64,000 nucleotides of DNA, from NCBI RefSeq assembly GCF_006345805.1, contig NC_043001.1, forward strand, positions 53,506,001-53,570,000, read 5' to 3'. The notes below the pieces were generated by a model. The model saw only the letters and a program-made list of their open reading frames with translations, ran no database searches and had not been told where the DNA came from. The translations under genes were made by a program, and so were the position numbers. Shown in pieces: positions 1 through 11,779 of this stretch (its first letter is position 1; every line of letters starts with the position of its first letter). Origin of the DNA: Octopus sinensis. Taxonomy: Eukaryota.

Positions 1-268
1 TTTTTTTAATCGTTGACTCATCGTAGACATTTTTAGAGAGTTACTTCCCTTATATAATAGCGAAAATGCATTAAAATGGAAAAAATGATGGTAATTTTTT
101 TTTTAATCGTAGACTCATCGTAGACGCGCGCTAATACCCAGAAGGGTTCGATATGAATCACGACTATAAGATACCCGGTTTTGGTTAAACTGCACCGCAA
201 AATGTGGGAGTAGTTAGGAATCTAAATCGTAGGAGACATACACACAACTTCACTTTTATATATAAAGA
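1..268 (-). mobile_element. Non-autonomous Helitron-like element, 5' part (internally deleted variant, runs off the window)
   Basis: Shares the terminal ~200 bp with the copies at 1290-1489, 1790-1989 and 1990-2190. The 5' TC on the minus strand is ga at 267-268. Confidence 0.7.
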
Positions 269-269
269 T

Positions 270-590
270 TTGTGCAACAACTAAAACATTCGGTTGTGCA
301 AATTGTTTGCACATGAAACCTGCCCTGTGTGGCGGTTTTTGCCGTTTTTGTGGATCTGTTTCAGCTTTTTCAGCGATTTCTGTTTTGGCGACTTCAAGCC
401 ATGAAGTCGTTGTTCTAAAAGAACGCTGGTCTCCTTGACAACGCTTTACGACGTTGATTTCCCTACTCTACCTTCCCCACAGCTTCACGAGGGAGGGAAG
501 AAGGGGAGGAGCTACACAGGTGAAGGTGCGAGCATGAACGCCAACGCCGCCACCGACACACGAAAAAATAGAAAGAACCCAGACGACAGC
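270..590 (-). mobile_element. Helitron-family core fragment with an alternative terminus
   Basis: Contains the same core (gccatgaagtcgttgttct...gcttcacgagggaggg) as the full copies. Begins with ttgtgcaacaact, as does the copy at 1003. Confidence 0.6.
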
Positions 591-594
591 TTCA

Positions 595-912
595 GCCACC
601 ACCACCACCACGACTAACACCATCACCACTACCACCATGACCACCACGACTAACACCATCACCACTACCACCCATGACCATCACCACCACCATAACGAAG
701 ACCACCACCATCATCACCACCTCACCACCACGACCAACACCATGACCACCACCACCACCATCATCACCACCCCCACCACCACGACCACGACCACCAACAA
801 CAACAACACCACCACCACAAACACGACGACCACCACGACCACGACCATCATCACCACTACCAGCACCACCGCCACCACCGCTACCACTACCACCGCCTCC
901 ACTACCACCATA
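595..912. repeat. Degenerate (CAC/ACC)n trinucleotide tract
   Basis: Seen directly. It explains the poly-T/H/V ORFs in the track. Confidence 0.95.
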
Positions 913-1002
913 CTATGCCTCTGCTCTCTCCTTTTGGCTACTAAATCCATTACCATATTTCACAAGTATCATCGCCATTGGATAATATTTTTTAAGTAAA
1001 AG

Positions 1003-1489
1003 TTGTGCAACAACTATAACATTCGGTTGTGCAAATTATTTGCACGGGAAACCTTCCCTGTGTGGCGCTTTCCCGATTTTGTAGAATTTGCTTTCGGGCT
1101 TCCTTAGCCATTTCTGTTTTGGTGTCTTCAAGCCATGAAGTCGTTGTTCTAGAAGAACGCTGGTCTCCTTGACAACGCTTTACGACGTTGATTTCCTTAC
1201 ACTCCCTTCCCTACAGCTTCACGAGGGAGGGAAAATGGGGGAGAAGCAACACAGGTGCACTTCCCTTTATTTAAAAAAATATGCGTAAAAATAGAAAAAA
1301 ATTATGGTAAATTATTTTTAAAATCGTAGACTCATCGTAGACGCGCGCTAATACCTAGACGGGCTCGATATGAATCACGACTATAATATACCCGAATTTG
1401 GTTAAACTGCACCGCAAAATGTGGGAGTAGTTAGGAATCTAAATCGAAGAGGACAGACACTCACACAACTACAGTTTTATATATATAGA
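1003..1489 (-). mobile_element. Non-autonomous Helitron-like element with an alternative 3' end
   Basis: 5' TC at 1488-1489 (minus). Core is shared with neighbouring copies. The low-coordinate end has the tgtgcaaa-tta-tttgcac hairpin instead of CTAG. Confidence 0.65.
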
Positions 1490-2508
1490 CTAGCAGTATC
1501 GCCCGGCGTTGCTCGGGTTTGTAAGGGAAATAACTATATAAGCATTTTTAGAGAGTTACTTCCCTTATAAATTCGTGCTTTCTTAGCCATTTTTGTTTTG
1601 GTGTCTTCAAGCCATGAAGTCGTTGTTCTAAAAGAACGCTGGTTTCCTTCACAACGCATTACGACGTTGATTTCTTTACACTCCCTTCCCCACAGCTTCA
1701 CGAGGGAGGGAAGGGGGAGAAGCAAACAGGTGCAGCTGTGAGCGTGGACGCCAACTCCGCCGCCATCGACATACGATGCATTTTATGCATTAAAATGGAA
1801 TAAAAAATGATGTTAAATTATTTTTAAAATCGTAGACTCATCGTTGACGCGCGCTAATAGTCAGACGGGCTCGATATGAATCACGACTATAAGATACCCG
1901 AATTTGGTTAAACTGCACCGCAAAATGTGGGAGGAGTTAGGAATCTAAATCGAAGGGGACAGACACTCACACAACTAGAGTTTTATATATCTATTTATAT
2001 AAAACTGTAGTTGTGTGAGTGTCTGTCTCCTACGATTTAGATTCCTAACTACTCCCACATTTTGCGGTGCAGTTTAACCAAAACCGGGTATCTTATAGTC
2101 GTGATTCATATCGAGCCCGTCTGGGTATTAGTGTGCGTCTACGACGAGTCTACGATTTTTAAAATAATTTAACATCATTTTTTATTCCATTTTAATGCAT
2201 TATTTTTTCGTGTGTCGATGGCGGCGGAGTTGGCGTCCATGGTCACACCTGCACCTGTTTGCTTCTCCCCTTCTTCCCTCCCTCGTGAAGCTGCGGGGAA
2301 GGGAGTGTAAGGAAATCAACGTCGTAAAGCGTTGTCAAGGAGACCAGCGTTCTTTTAGAACAACGACTTCCTGGCTTGAAGACACCAAAACAGAAATGGC
2401 TAAGAAAGCCCGAATTGGCATCTATAAGGGAAGTAACTCTCTAAAAATGCTTATATAGTTATTTCCCTTACAAACCCGAGCAACGCCGGGCGATACTGCT
2501 AGTATAGA
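1490..2508 (-). mobile_element. Full non-autonomous Helitron (~500 bp), interrupted near its 5' end by the copy at 1990-2502
   Basis: 3' CTAG at 1490-1493, with a GC hairpin just inside. The body runs 1490-1989; the last 6 bp of the 5' end (tataga) lie at 2503-2508. Confidence 0.8.
1990..2502 (+). mobile_element. Full non-autonomous Helitron (513 bp)
   Basis: Canonical Helitron termini: A|TC at 1989-1991 and CTAG|T at 2499-2503. CCCG...CGGG hairpin at 2475-2490, 8 nt before CTAG. No TSD. Confidence 0.85.
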
Positions 2509-2524
2509 TATATATATATATATA

Positions 2525-2757
2525 TTGTTATATTTCGGAATTGTCATTTTGCCAGTTTAGCCAATAAAAACACACGCACTATATATTTTGCTTCATTGTT
2601 ATTTATTTTTCACATTAATCTTAATCTTATTTCGGCCAGAAATAAGATTAAGATTAAGGAAAAAAATAAATAACAATGAAGCAAAATAACACCAAATATA
2701 TAGTGCGTGTGTTTTTATTGGCTAAACTGGCAAAATGACCATTCCGAAATATAACAA
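2525..2757. mobile_element. Foldback/MITE-like element
   Basis: Arms of ~110 bp are near-perfect reverse complements around a 5-nt loop (ggcca, 2634-2638), with one small indel. Confidence 0.75.
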
Positions 2758-2817
2758 CATCTGTTTTAACACACGACTTCACGTAAAAACTCTTGCACAA
2801 CAAATATTTATATATAT

Positions 2818-2868
<51 letters not shown>

Positions 2869-3242
2869 GGTATGTTGCCAGCTTACTGTCGAAGTCCCAT
2901 GAAAGAGAAGGATGATACTGCTATTTAGCCCTAGGAGACACCGTTTCCAGTTGACCATGAACACATTTTCAAAAGGGAGTTAAGCACATCCACCCAGCAA
3001 AGCCGGCAATCAGAGACTAGTTTCGGAGTCATTGCTCATCATCAATCTGTTTTATCTACCCCGCGTTTAAATGCTGAATGGAATTTCTTTATTTTGCCCG
3101 TCTTCTTTCGCTATTTGTGTCTTTCGTTGTTGGTAAAAAAAATAATTCTCGTTTTTCATTTTGTTCGCGTTCTTTTACGTCCTGTATATATGCATATATA
3201 CGTAGGCATGTACATGTATGTGTGTATATATGTATATATATT

Positions 3243-3504
3243 GTAGTTCTTGGGGAGATTCAGCGTGACACAGAGTGTGACAAGGCAGACCCTTTGAGGT
3301 ACAGGTACAACAGCAACAGGAAGAAAGTGAGAGAAAGTTGTGGTGAAAGGGTACAGCAGGGTTCATCACCAACCCTCTACCGGAGCCTCGTGTCGCTTTA
3401 GTACTTTTCGCGCAATACACACTCACAATGCCCAGTCTGGGAATCGAAACGGCGATTCTACGACCGCGAGTCTGTTGCCCTAACCACTCGGCCATTGCGC
3501 CTCC
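3243..3504 (-). mobile_element. tRNA-derived SINE, family B (tail type 1)
   Basis: Minus-strand head GGCGCAATGGCCGAGTGGTTAGGGCAACAGACTCGCGG...GTTTCGATTCCCAGAC carries pol III A and B boxes. Homologous to 7496-7800. Confidence 0.85.
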
Positions 3505-3601
3505 ACATGTATATATATATTGTTTATATTATATCATATGATATTATATATGTGTATATGTATATATATGTACGTATATATATATATATATATATATTTG
3601 T

Positions 3602-3653
<52 letters not shown>

Positions 3654-3842
3654 ATACATATATGTAATTATAACAAAGAGGGTCTTTGCAACAAGTTGCC
3701 GGGCCACATACTACTTGTTGCAAAGACTCTCTTTGTTATGATTATATAAACTTTTACCTAATATGGTCCTTTTCCATACCGAAATACTACTTGGTGAAAT
3801 TTGTTGATGTTATTAAATTAATTATGTTTCACCCTTTATCTG

Positions 3843-3874
<32 letters not shown>

Positions 3875-4257
3875 CGGTATTCCTATTCAATATTCTGTTC
3901 TATCCATGTTATCTATGCTATAGTTCCCAGCAACTAGGTTAAATGGAGATTGTTCTAGCAATGCAAGTAACAACAGCTTAGTATTTTTAAGTATTTTTTC
4001 TTTATGTTTCTATAATATTCATATCTTGTTTGTACGTCGTCAATTCATTGCTGTATGCCTTCTTTTTGAGGTCATTGCAGCGAAAGCTTTGGTGTGAATT
4101 AGATATACAGGCAGTTGCCTGCTAGACACCCATAAAATAAACACACATGTATAAAAGAAATCGTATAACCTGACTACGATCAACTTCTATAAGAAAATTA
4201 CAATATATAGGAAATGACAGAACCAGTGAAATTCTAAAAACCAACATCTCGCAATAG

Positions 4258-4410
4258 GATTTCCCTGAAGCCAATCTAGATGAAAACACTTTATTGTACT
4301 GCCCGTATAATAAACCGAACGAACCTTATATTATCCATAAATCTATAAACCATCCAGCAAATATAATTAAAAATTTCTTAGATTGCAAACCTATCTGTCA
4401 AGAATATTTT
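4258..4410 (+). pseudogene. Penelope-like RT thumb-region relic
   Basis: Translates DFPEANLDENTLLYCPYNKPNEPYIIHKSINHPANIIKNF, resembling the PLE motif FLDV..L....Y.PY.KPN....YIH..SNHP..IIK (recalled). Confidence 0.55.
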
Positions 4411-5469
4411 TAATGAAACACCATCATACTAAATTTAATCATATGTTACTAGTGTCTTTAAAAATAAATCATAAGCTACAAATGCCTTTAAAGAGAATCT
4501 ACACTGTATACATCAGTTATTCGACATAGGATTATAAATACAGATATAATGTAATATAACCTTACGTTAAAGCAACCTGCTTTTATAAATTTACTTTGAA
4601 GCCACTTTCACATACATTATAAATCTTCATAATCTTCAACCTAAATTTCATAAATTTCTCTTCTTTGTGCAAACCCTAGCATCGTACAAGGTATATAATC
4701 TCAAATCCACCAACAACAAAATCTCCAATTCTAAATAAATTTCTGTTGAATTCTAATTGTAAATCTCCTCCATATTTAGATGTAACCTTGCATATTACTT
4801 GCAAAGCGAAGTTAGTGATGATGAAATTGCTTCGCTAATAATATAACACACAAACATCGTGGAGTAAGCTTCCCCATTTAGATTATTCTCCATTAACTAT
4901 AAATATAATCTAGACATTTTAATGATAAAGCGTCGGTTACTAATTTTAATACAAGTAACAGCTGGCCATGTTATTTAGGCACATTGAAACACTTACTAAT
5001 CTTAATTAATAAAAGTAAAACACTGAAGAATAAAAAGACCGTCTCTTCTAAATACTTTTTTCTGCTAAAAACATTCAAATTTATTATATAAAAATTTTAT
5101 TAATTAGACTTAAACACTTAGTAACGTTTTACTCAAAGTGGAATCAAACTTCCCAGAATATTATTTTCCATTCTTGATTCATATATATTAAGTAATGTAC
5201 ATGTTCCTTGTTCTATCTTGTAAGGATATGATGACATTATATTATAAGGTATAATAATATAAATTTACTTATATGATAATATGATAAAACAAATTTTACT
5301 TATAATATACAAAAGGCAGTTTAGTTTGATAATCTTACATAAAATCTCATGATAATTGTAATGTTTAGTACAACTTAAATTTGAACTTTCTAAAAAATTT
5401 TGATTCTTAGGATTATTGTTTCTAAATGTTTTTCTCTAACTTTAAAATATAGACTTGTTTTTTTTTATC

Positions 5470-6002
5470 CGGATTTGCATGTAAGGATCTTTTCCCTTTC
5501 AACGCCAGATCGAGAAATTAATTTTTTGTAACTAAACACTTTCAAACTTCGTATACTGCTAGAATGTGTCATATAAAACATTTTTACTCTGAGTGTTGTT
5601 GAGAAAAGTTTATATTTTCAAAGTTATTTCATGTTAAAGTTGTCATATTTAGGTAATTTCAACCAATCAATGACGTGTATTTAGCTGAATAAAATTACTA
5701 CTGTTGTTTGTCAACAACAACTTCCGGCGGTTTATATTTCGTTTGTCACTGTTATCTATGACATCGTTCGTGCGTTTAGCTTTAGTGTTCTAGGGTTAGG
5801 GTTAAGTTTTAAAGTTAGTGTTAGTGTTAGTGTTATAGGGTTAGGGTTTTAGAGTTAGAGTTACTGTTTTACTGTTAGGGTTAGGGTTAAGGTCTTAGGT
5901 TAGGATTAGGGTTTTAGGGTTAGGGTTGGGGTTTTAGGTTTGTAGGGGGAGAAGTAAGGCGGGCAAAAATTTCAAAAAAAATGATCCGCATGTAATTACT
6001 TA
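5470..6002. repeat. Probable dispersed repeat containing a degenerate (TTAGGG)n tract at 5789-5940
   Basis: The TTAGGG/TTAGTG/TTAGAG array is seen directly. It is bracketed by similar motifs gatttgcatgtaa (~5472) and gatccgcatgtaa (~5983). Confidence 0.5.
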
Positions 6003-7013
6003 TCGAACTACTTCATGTACTTACCTTTGAAAATTGTCTCTATTCATTGCATTCAATAATTTTAGTAATTTATATCTATTTAATGATTTATTTCTCCCCA
6101 TTCACGTTCGACTTAACACAATTCTATCCTTGAATTATTTAATCTTATTTATTTATATTAAAGAAAGTTATATTTTATCTGCCCACTTTTTCATTCATTT
6201 TATACGGAATTTAAGCTTTGTTTTTCCGTTATCTAGTTAACCTTTATTACAATAATACACTGTTTTAATTCAGTTAATAGGGGAAAACGTCTCTATATAA
6301 ATTGTTATGCCCTGTTATTTATGTTGATAACAAAAGACCCCTTCAAATTCTATATATTATATCTGCTTTTCATTTTCTGTATCACGTATATTCTCAAATC
6401 TTTTCACTTAGTTTCTATGTAATTTTAACATGCATTTTCAAATCCCTTGTCATTCTACGCCACCTTTAATTGTAATTAACTTTTATCATAGTATTAAGAC
6501 ATTTTTATTCAACATTGTCCGTGTTACATGTGAAGAAATACAGTCATACTCTACAAGTACCATCGTTTCCTCGAAAGGTAACGTAATTCAGGCAATATAC
6601 TTTGATTTCCCCTATGTTTTTAGATAATTTAATTTAACTTAAAATAATTATAACTTTCCATAGTTTTTGCTCGTTCCCCACCAAATTCTGACACGCTACA
6701 ATAAACAATCCTGCTCACTTTCATATTTTCTCTAAATGTTTTCTGTTGATATATTTGTTGATTTTGTTCTATTACTATTACTTTGATATGTTTGAAAGTA
6801 CTTATAATACATAAAACATTCGCAACTTATATAGTGACTGTTTGTTATTATAGACGACGGTTTCAAATTATACAAGTTTACCTTGAAATTAATTTATACT
6901 TCCCAAATTAATCAGGTTTCCTAATTGATTTAATATATTTCTGAAAAAATAAAGATATGTTTTCATTCATCCCCGGCACAATATTTGCTAGTCAAATACC
7001 TATTTCTTTATTA

Positions 7014-7228
7014 CCCACAAGGGGCTAAGCATAGAGGGGACAAACAAGGACAGACATAGGTATTAAGTCGATTACATAGACCCTAGTACGTAACTGGTAC
7101 TTAATTTATCGACCCCGAAAGGATGAGAGGCAAAGTCGACCTCGGCGGAATTTGAACTCACAACGTAACGCAGACGAAATACCGCTAAGCATTTCGCCCG
7201 GTGTGCTAACGTTTCTGCCAGCTCCACC
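7014..7228 (-). mobile_element. tRNA-derived SINE, family A
   Basis: Head GGTGGAGCTGGCAGAAACGTTAGCAC...GAGTTCAAATTCC (B box) and core gtcgactttgcctctcatcctttcggggtcgataaattaagtacc. At least nine further copies occur in the window. Confidence 0.9.
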
Positions 7229-7495
7229 AAGACCGATAATATGCAAGATGTATTTTCACCACTTTTTAACACCTCACTATTGGCAGAGATACTCTCCGCT
7301 CCAAATAATAACAATACTTATTGTGAGCTGTACCATGAACATTTGATTATACTTAATCATCTAGAGTCAATCATTTTCTATACTCAAATTTATGCATCAT
7401 AATATCTATTTATCAATATATCTTCACTTCATTCTCCCACAGGCGCAGGGAGTCACACACATGCACACACAGGCATACAAAACACACAGATATAT

Positions 7496-7800
7496 ATCAC
7501 GTAATCACGAGACCGACCAGACCATCAGATGTTGTTACACATCGCTGGTCACAATGCGTTCGCATTGTTTTAGCCTTCGAATGACGCCACACCGTTGGCT
7601 ATGCGAGCAGGCCAACAGAAGAAAGAGTGGGAGAAAGAGTGGTGAAAGAGTACAGCAGGGATCACCACCCTCTGCCGGAGCCTCGTGGAGCTTTTAGGTG
7701 TTTTCGCTCAATAAACACTCACAACGCCCGGTCTGGGAATCGAAACCGCGATCCTGCGATCGCGAGTTCGCTGCCCTAACCACTAGGACATTGCGCCTCC
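7496..7800 (-). mobile_element. tRNA-derived SINE, family B (tail type 2)
   Basis: Same head and body as 3243-3504, but a different 3' tail. Confidence 0.85.
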
Positions 7801-8635
7801 ACACACACACACACACACACACAAAACACACACATATATATATATAAGAAAGTACGTGTGTGGGGGACTTCTGAATGGTGTAGGCCCAAGCCTTTCTGTG
7901 TGGTTAAGAAGATTGTTCCCCAACCTTTTGTCTACACACACCACCGCTGTATACATAAATATATATGTATGTATGTGTGTGTACCTGTGTAAGTATATAC
8001 GCATAAGTGCACATCATATAATGAACAACCTGACATACGCTAGACGAAGAAAATACTTGTTAAAAACGGTATTGCCATAAAGCTGTATCAGTAGTTCATG
8101 AGTTTCTGACATCGAAAGAAAACGAACATAAAGGGAATGGTAACTAGAATTATTATATGAGTGAGAAGCAGGTGTGTATATGTTCAATTAAAGGTATTTT
8201 TCCCACATGTACTCTGTGAAAGTGGACAAATGTCATGTGTGCTGCGTATGTGTTAGTGTCGACTATGTATATGAAACGTGCCACATTGCAAGTATGTTTG
8301 CGCTGCTTAGTAGCATTGTTGGTGTAATTGTAAGCGTTTGGTAGGTTTTGTGAAAGCACGAATCTCAGGAGAGCGGGTACTCGTGTAAAAGCATTAAGAA
8401 AATAGTGAAGTAAATGCGGTGCTAAGATAGTGTAGCAGGTGTTATTTTTGTTTATGTAAGTGTATAACATAAGTATGATACATGAGAATGATATTTTAAC
8501 TTATTAAATCTTGTGAGAGTGGTACTAATTATAATTTCTAAGAGGTCGTCTGAAACAGGCGACGGTGAATCGATGTTTTTATTCCTAAAAATATATGAAT
8601 AAAATATAATTGGAAACATAAACATGTACGCATGT

Positions 8636-8666
8636 AGATATACATATACATACATACATACATACA

Positions 8667-8715
<49 letters not shown>

Positions 8716-8815
8716 GTATATGTAGATATATGTTTATACATATATATACATATATATGTGTGTGTGGTATGTATGTATGCATTATGTACGTACGTATGTA
8801 TGTATGTATGTATGT
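8636..8815. repeat. Compound (CATA)n/(TA)n/(TATG)n microsatellite
   Basis: Seen directly. Confidence 0.95.
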
Positions 8816-10065
8816 AAGGGAGGATGATAAAGATGAGAAATCCAATAATATAGAAATACTGGCAACAAGATCCAAAAGAGAGGCAGATGTAGAGAGATGA
8901 ATCAGAAGCATTTATAATGTATAAATGTTTAATACTCAATTATCACAATTCTATACATTACGTTTTTAAAATAGTGACTGTGAACCCTTCATAAATATCT
9001 CACTTGTAGCTTACTATGAAACATTCTTAATATGAGCTAAACTCTTTATGATATATAATAATTTAAATAATGTATGTCGAACATTTGCTGCACGAGCTAA
9101 CTGACGTACTTGTAAAGTAAAAGGCTTCCAAAGAAGTATACGTAGGTTATAAGACTACCACCACATGCTTAATTTACGTGTAACATTGCCTTGCATCTGA
9201 AATACCTCCGCTTTTAGAAAACAGTCAATGTAATGATTTAGAATAGCAGGTCTTACGTAATCCTCAGTGAAACTTCGAAATTCTGAGAGGTGATTCAACA
9301 GTATTATTTAACGAAAACTATCTTTATTGGGCAACTACGTTTTCTTCATTTAGACTTGTGCATGAATATTTTCTTTGTCGCGCGCAAGTATCTTCAAGTT
9401 CGTTAATTTCCCTTTTATTACACGTTCTCTGTGTTTTCATCATCTGAAAGTTTTCAGCTTTATATGAATGTCTATGAATTGGCAATTACACAAACATTCT
9501 ACTTCTAATACAGCATTTCAATTCACTATCAACTTCAGGCAAACATAGCACAATACGTATTAAAAGAATGTTGTGTTAGCTATTGTGCTGCAAACTACTT
9601 AGCTTTTCCTAATCGCTTCATTTTTCTCCTTGACCAAAATAAAAGTATTTCTTACAATGTATTTATGGTAGCAATGGTAATGGTGGTGATATAAATTATG
9701 AGAAATATGTAATGAAAAGGAATTATTTTAAGGATAACGACTGCAATAAAGTTGTCTTAAACTATTATTACTACTAATATAATTATCGTTAAAACTTTAC
9801 TAATAATTATATTAGTAACAATAACAATAATAATAGTAATGAGAATAATAACGTAAAAAATAACAATAGTAATATCTATAATAATAAATTTTAGCAATGC
9901 TACGGACATGTTAACTGTAATCATAACGATACTGATAACAGTAAGTGTACTGGGGCTCGCAATAAACAAGACGGTGATAAATATGTTAATACGACTAATA
10001 AAAATGAGAGAAATAATAGGGATATAGGTATAGGAGATGCTGGTAGAAATGATAAAAGACTGAGA

Positions 10066-10180
10066 CTAATAATAACAACAACAACAACAATAATAATAAT
10101 AATAATAAATGATAATACTAATGATAATAATAATAATAATAATAATAATAATATAATAATAATAATAATAATAATAATAT

Positions 10181-10225
<45 letters not shown>

Positions 10226-10247
10226 TAATAATATATTAATAATAATA

Positions 10248-10305
<58 letters not shown>

Positions 10306-10333
10306 AACAATAATAATAATAATAATAATAATC
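10066..10333. repeat. (AAT)n microsatellite
   Basis: Seen directly. Confidence 0.97.
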
Positions 10334-11060
10334 GTTTCTTTGTTGGCCAAGAGAGCTGGACGCAAAAATATATAGAGACAAAACTAAACAAGGGACAAGT
10401 GGGGTTTAAAACAGAAAACGTGTAGACAATGAAAAAACCAAAACAGTTAAAAATGTAAACAACATAATTCACCAACGGCGGGGAGTTCCTCCCAAGGCCA
10501 ACCAAGGCATCCCACACATCTGGCTCACACTGACTGCCAATGTTACGTCAAGTATGTACCCTCTTCTCCTCAATTGCTGCGGCTTACAGACGAATATTCA
10601 AAGTAGGCCCATTCACATGAGCCATTTTCGCGCTATTCACCAACCTTTCAACAAAATTACTGAGGGGCAGCACTTCCCTCTCTATCCTCACTTTCCTCTT
10701 CAAGTGGGACTTGAAGACGTCGATGAACGGTCGGCCGAAGGGGAAAGTGTCTGTCTTTTGTCCTTTCAGCCTCGTCCACCATACTACCTCTTTCGCAATA
10801 GCCACGAGGCTGAGCAAAACTGCCTTTCTCTCCCACCGAAAAGAAGGCGGCGGGGCGATCTTCACAATGGATTCGGCTGATAATCAGATACGTCATACAC
10901 GTAACAACAGCTGTTCGACAAAGCTCTACAGGTAGTGATGCACGGTCATTGAATCATGCAGGACGGTTTCATCGCCCTGCGCACACCTCGGACAAGTACG
11001 TCTGACAGCACTTCCGTGCCTCTAGAGCTCGGTAACGCTGCCAGGCCCGAGATTTGTGGA
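10334..11060 (-). pseudogene. 3' fragment of an L1/Tx1-like non-LTR retrotransposon (ORF2 C-terminus plus 3' UTR)
   Basis: Minus strand gives CPRCAQGDETVLH (zinc-knuckle-like), then KEVVWWTRLKG...FKSHLKRKVRIERE...* (ORF 10584-10865), with stops and frameshifts. The 3' end abuts (ATT)n. Confidence 0.65.
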
Positions 11061-11095
11061 AAATATATATAGGCCCTGGCCTGAATAATAACAAC

Positions 11096-11462
11096 GGGCT
11101 GTTTGCTACCTAGCTCAGATACCAGGAAATCCCCAAATGGAAGAATTTTTTAAAAAGTGCTCATGGGAATTACCCATATCCTACGTATTATATTGTCTAT
11201 GTAATCCCCAGAGCATTTTAGTCCGTAAATAGTGTCAAAATACTTTTACTAGCATCTTAACATCAGACTATCGTATTATAATATTTTAAAACAAACCTCT
11301 AATTCACTTATGTTTTGACAGACATTTTCTAGGACAATACTATGTGCAAAACCAGATATAGAGCACACTAGTCATAACACCAGCCTGAACTTCTAAATTG
11401 TTGTCTCTTAATGTCTCGAGGTGAGACTTGGAGTCAACTTGTACAAATGCAAAGCAAACAGA
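11096..11462 (+). mobile_element. Short 3' fragment of an R4/Dong-like LINE
   Basis: Homologous to 14427-14727 (CYLAQIPGNPQM..., stop and 3' UTR). Followed by (TAA)n(TGA)n. Confidence 0.8.
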
Positions 11463-11476
11463 TAATAATAATAATA

Positions 11477-11527
<51 letters not shown>

Positions 11528-11592
11528 TTGATGATGTTGATGATGACGACGGTGATGATGATGATGATGAGGATGATGATGATGATGATGAT
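11462..11592. repeat. (AAT)n-(GAT)n compound microsatellite
   Basis: Seen directly. Confidence 0.95.
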
Positions 11593-11779
11593 CTCATCTA
11601 TTTGCCACATGTGCGAAAGATGAGGAGGACAGTACAAATACAGATATAGAATGTGTGGGTTTACATATAATGAAATGATAACAAAATGAAAGAAAGTTTA
11701 CGTGGTATATACTGATAAAGAAGGTTCATATGCATAGTATACAAAATTTGAAAATATAAGTGGTAAGGAGGATGATAGA

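Noticed and set aside
435-999. ORFs rich in His/Thr/Val
   Set aside because: Translations of the (CAC)n tract and Helitron core, not genes.
6025-6700. Perfect minus-strand donor AAG|GTAAGTA at ~6018-6027, and CR1-like peptide scraps
   Set aside because: No acceptor or credible exon upstream. The region may be a very old LINE relic, but the motifs are too weak to call.
8818-8900. EDDKDEKSNNIEILATRSKREAD (furin-site-like RSKR)
   Set aside because: No pyrimidine-tract acceptor or good donor, and a stop follows immediately. Likely chance.
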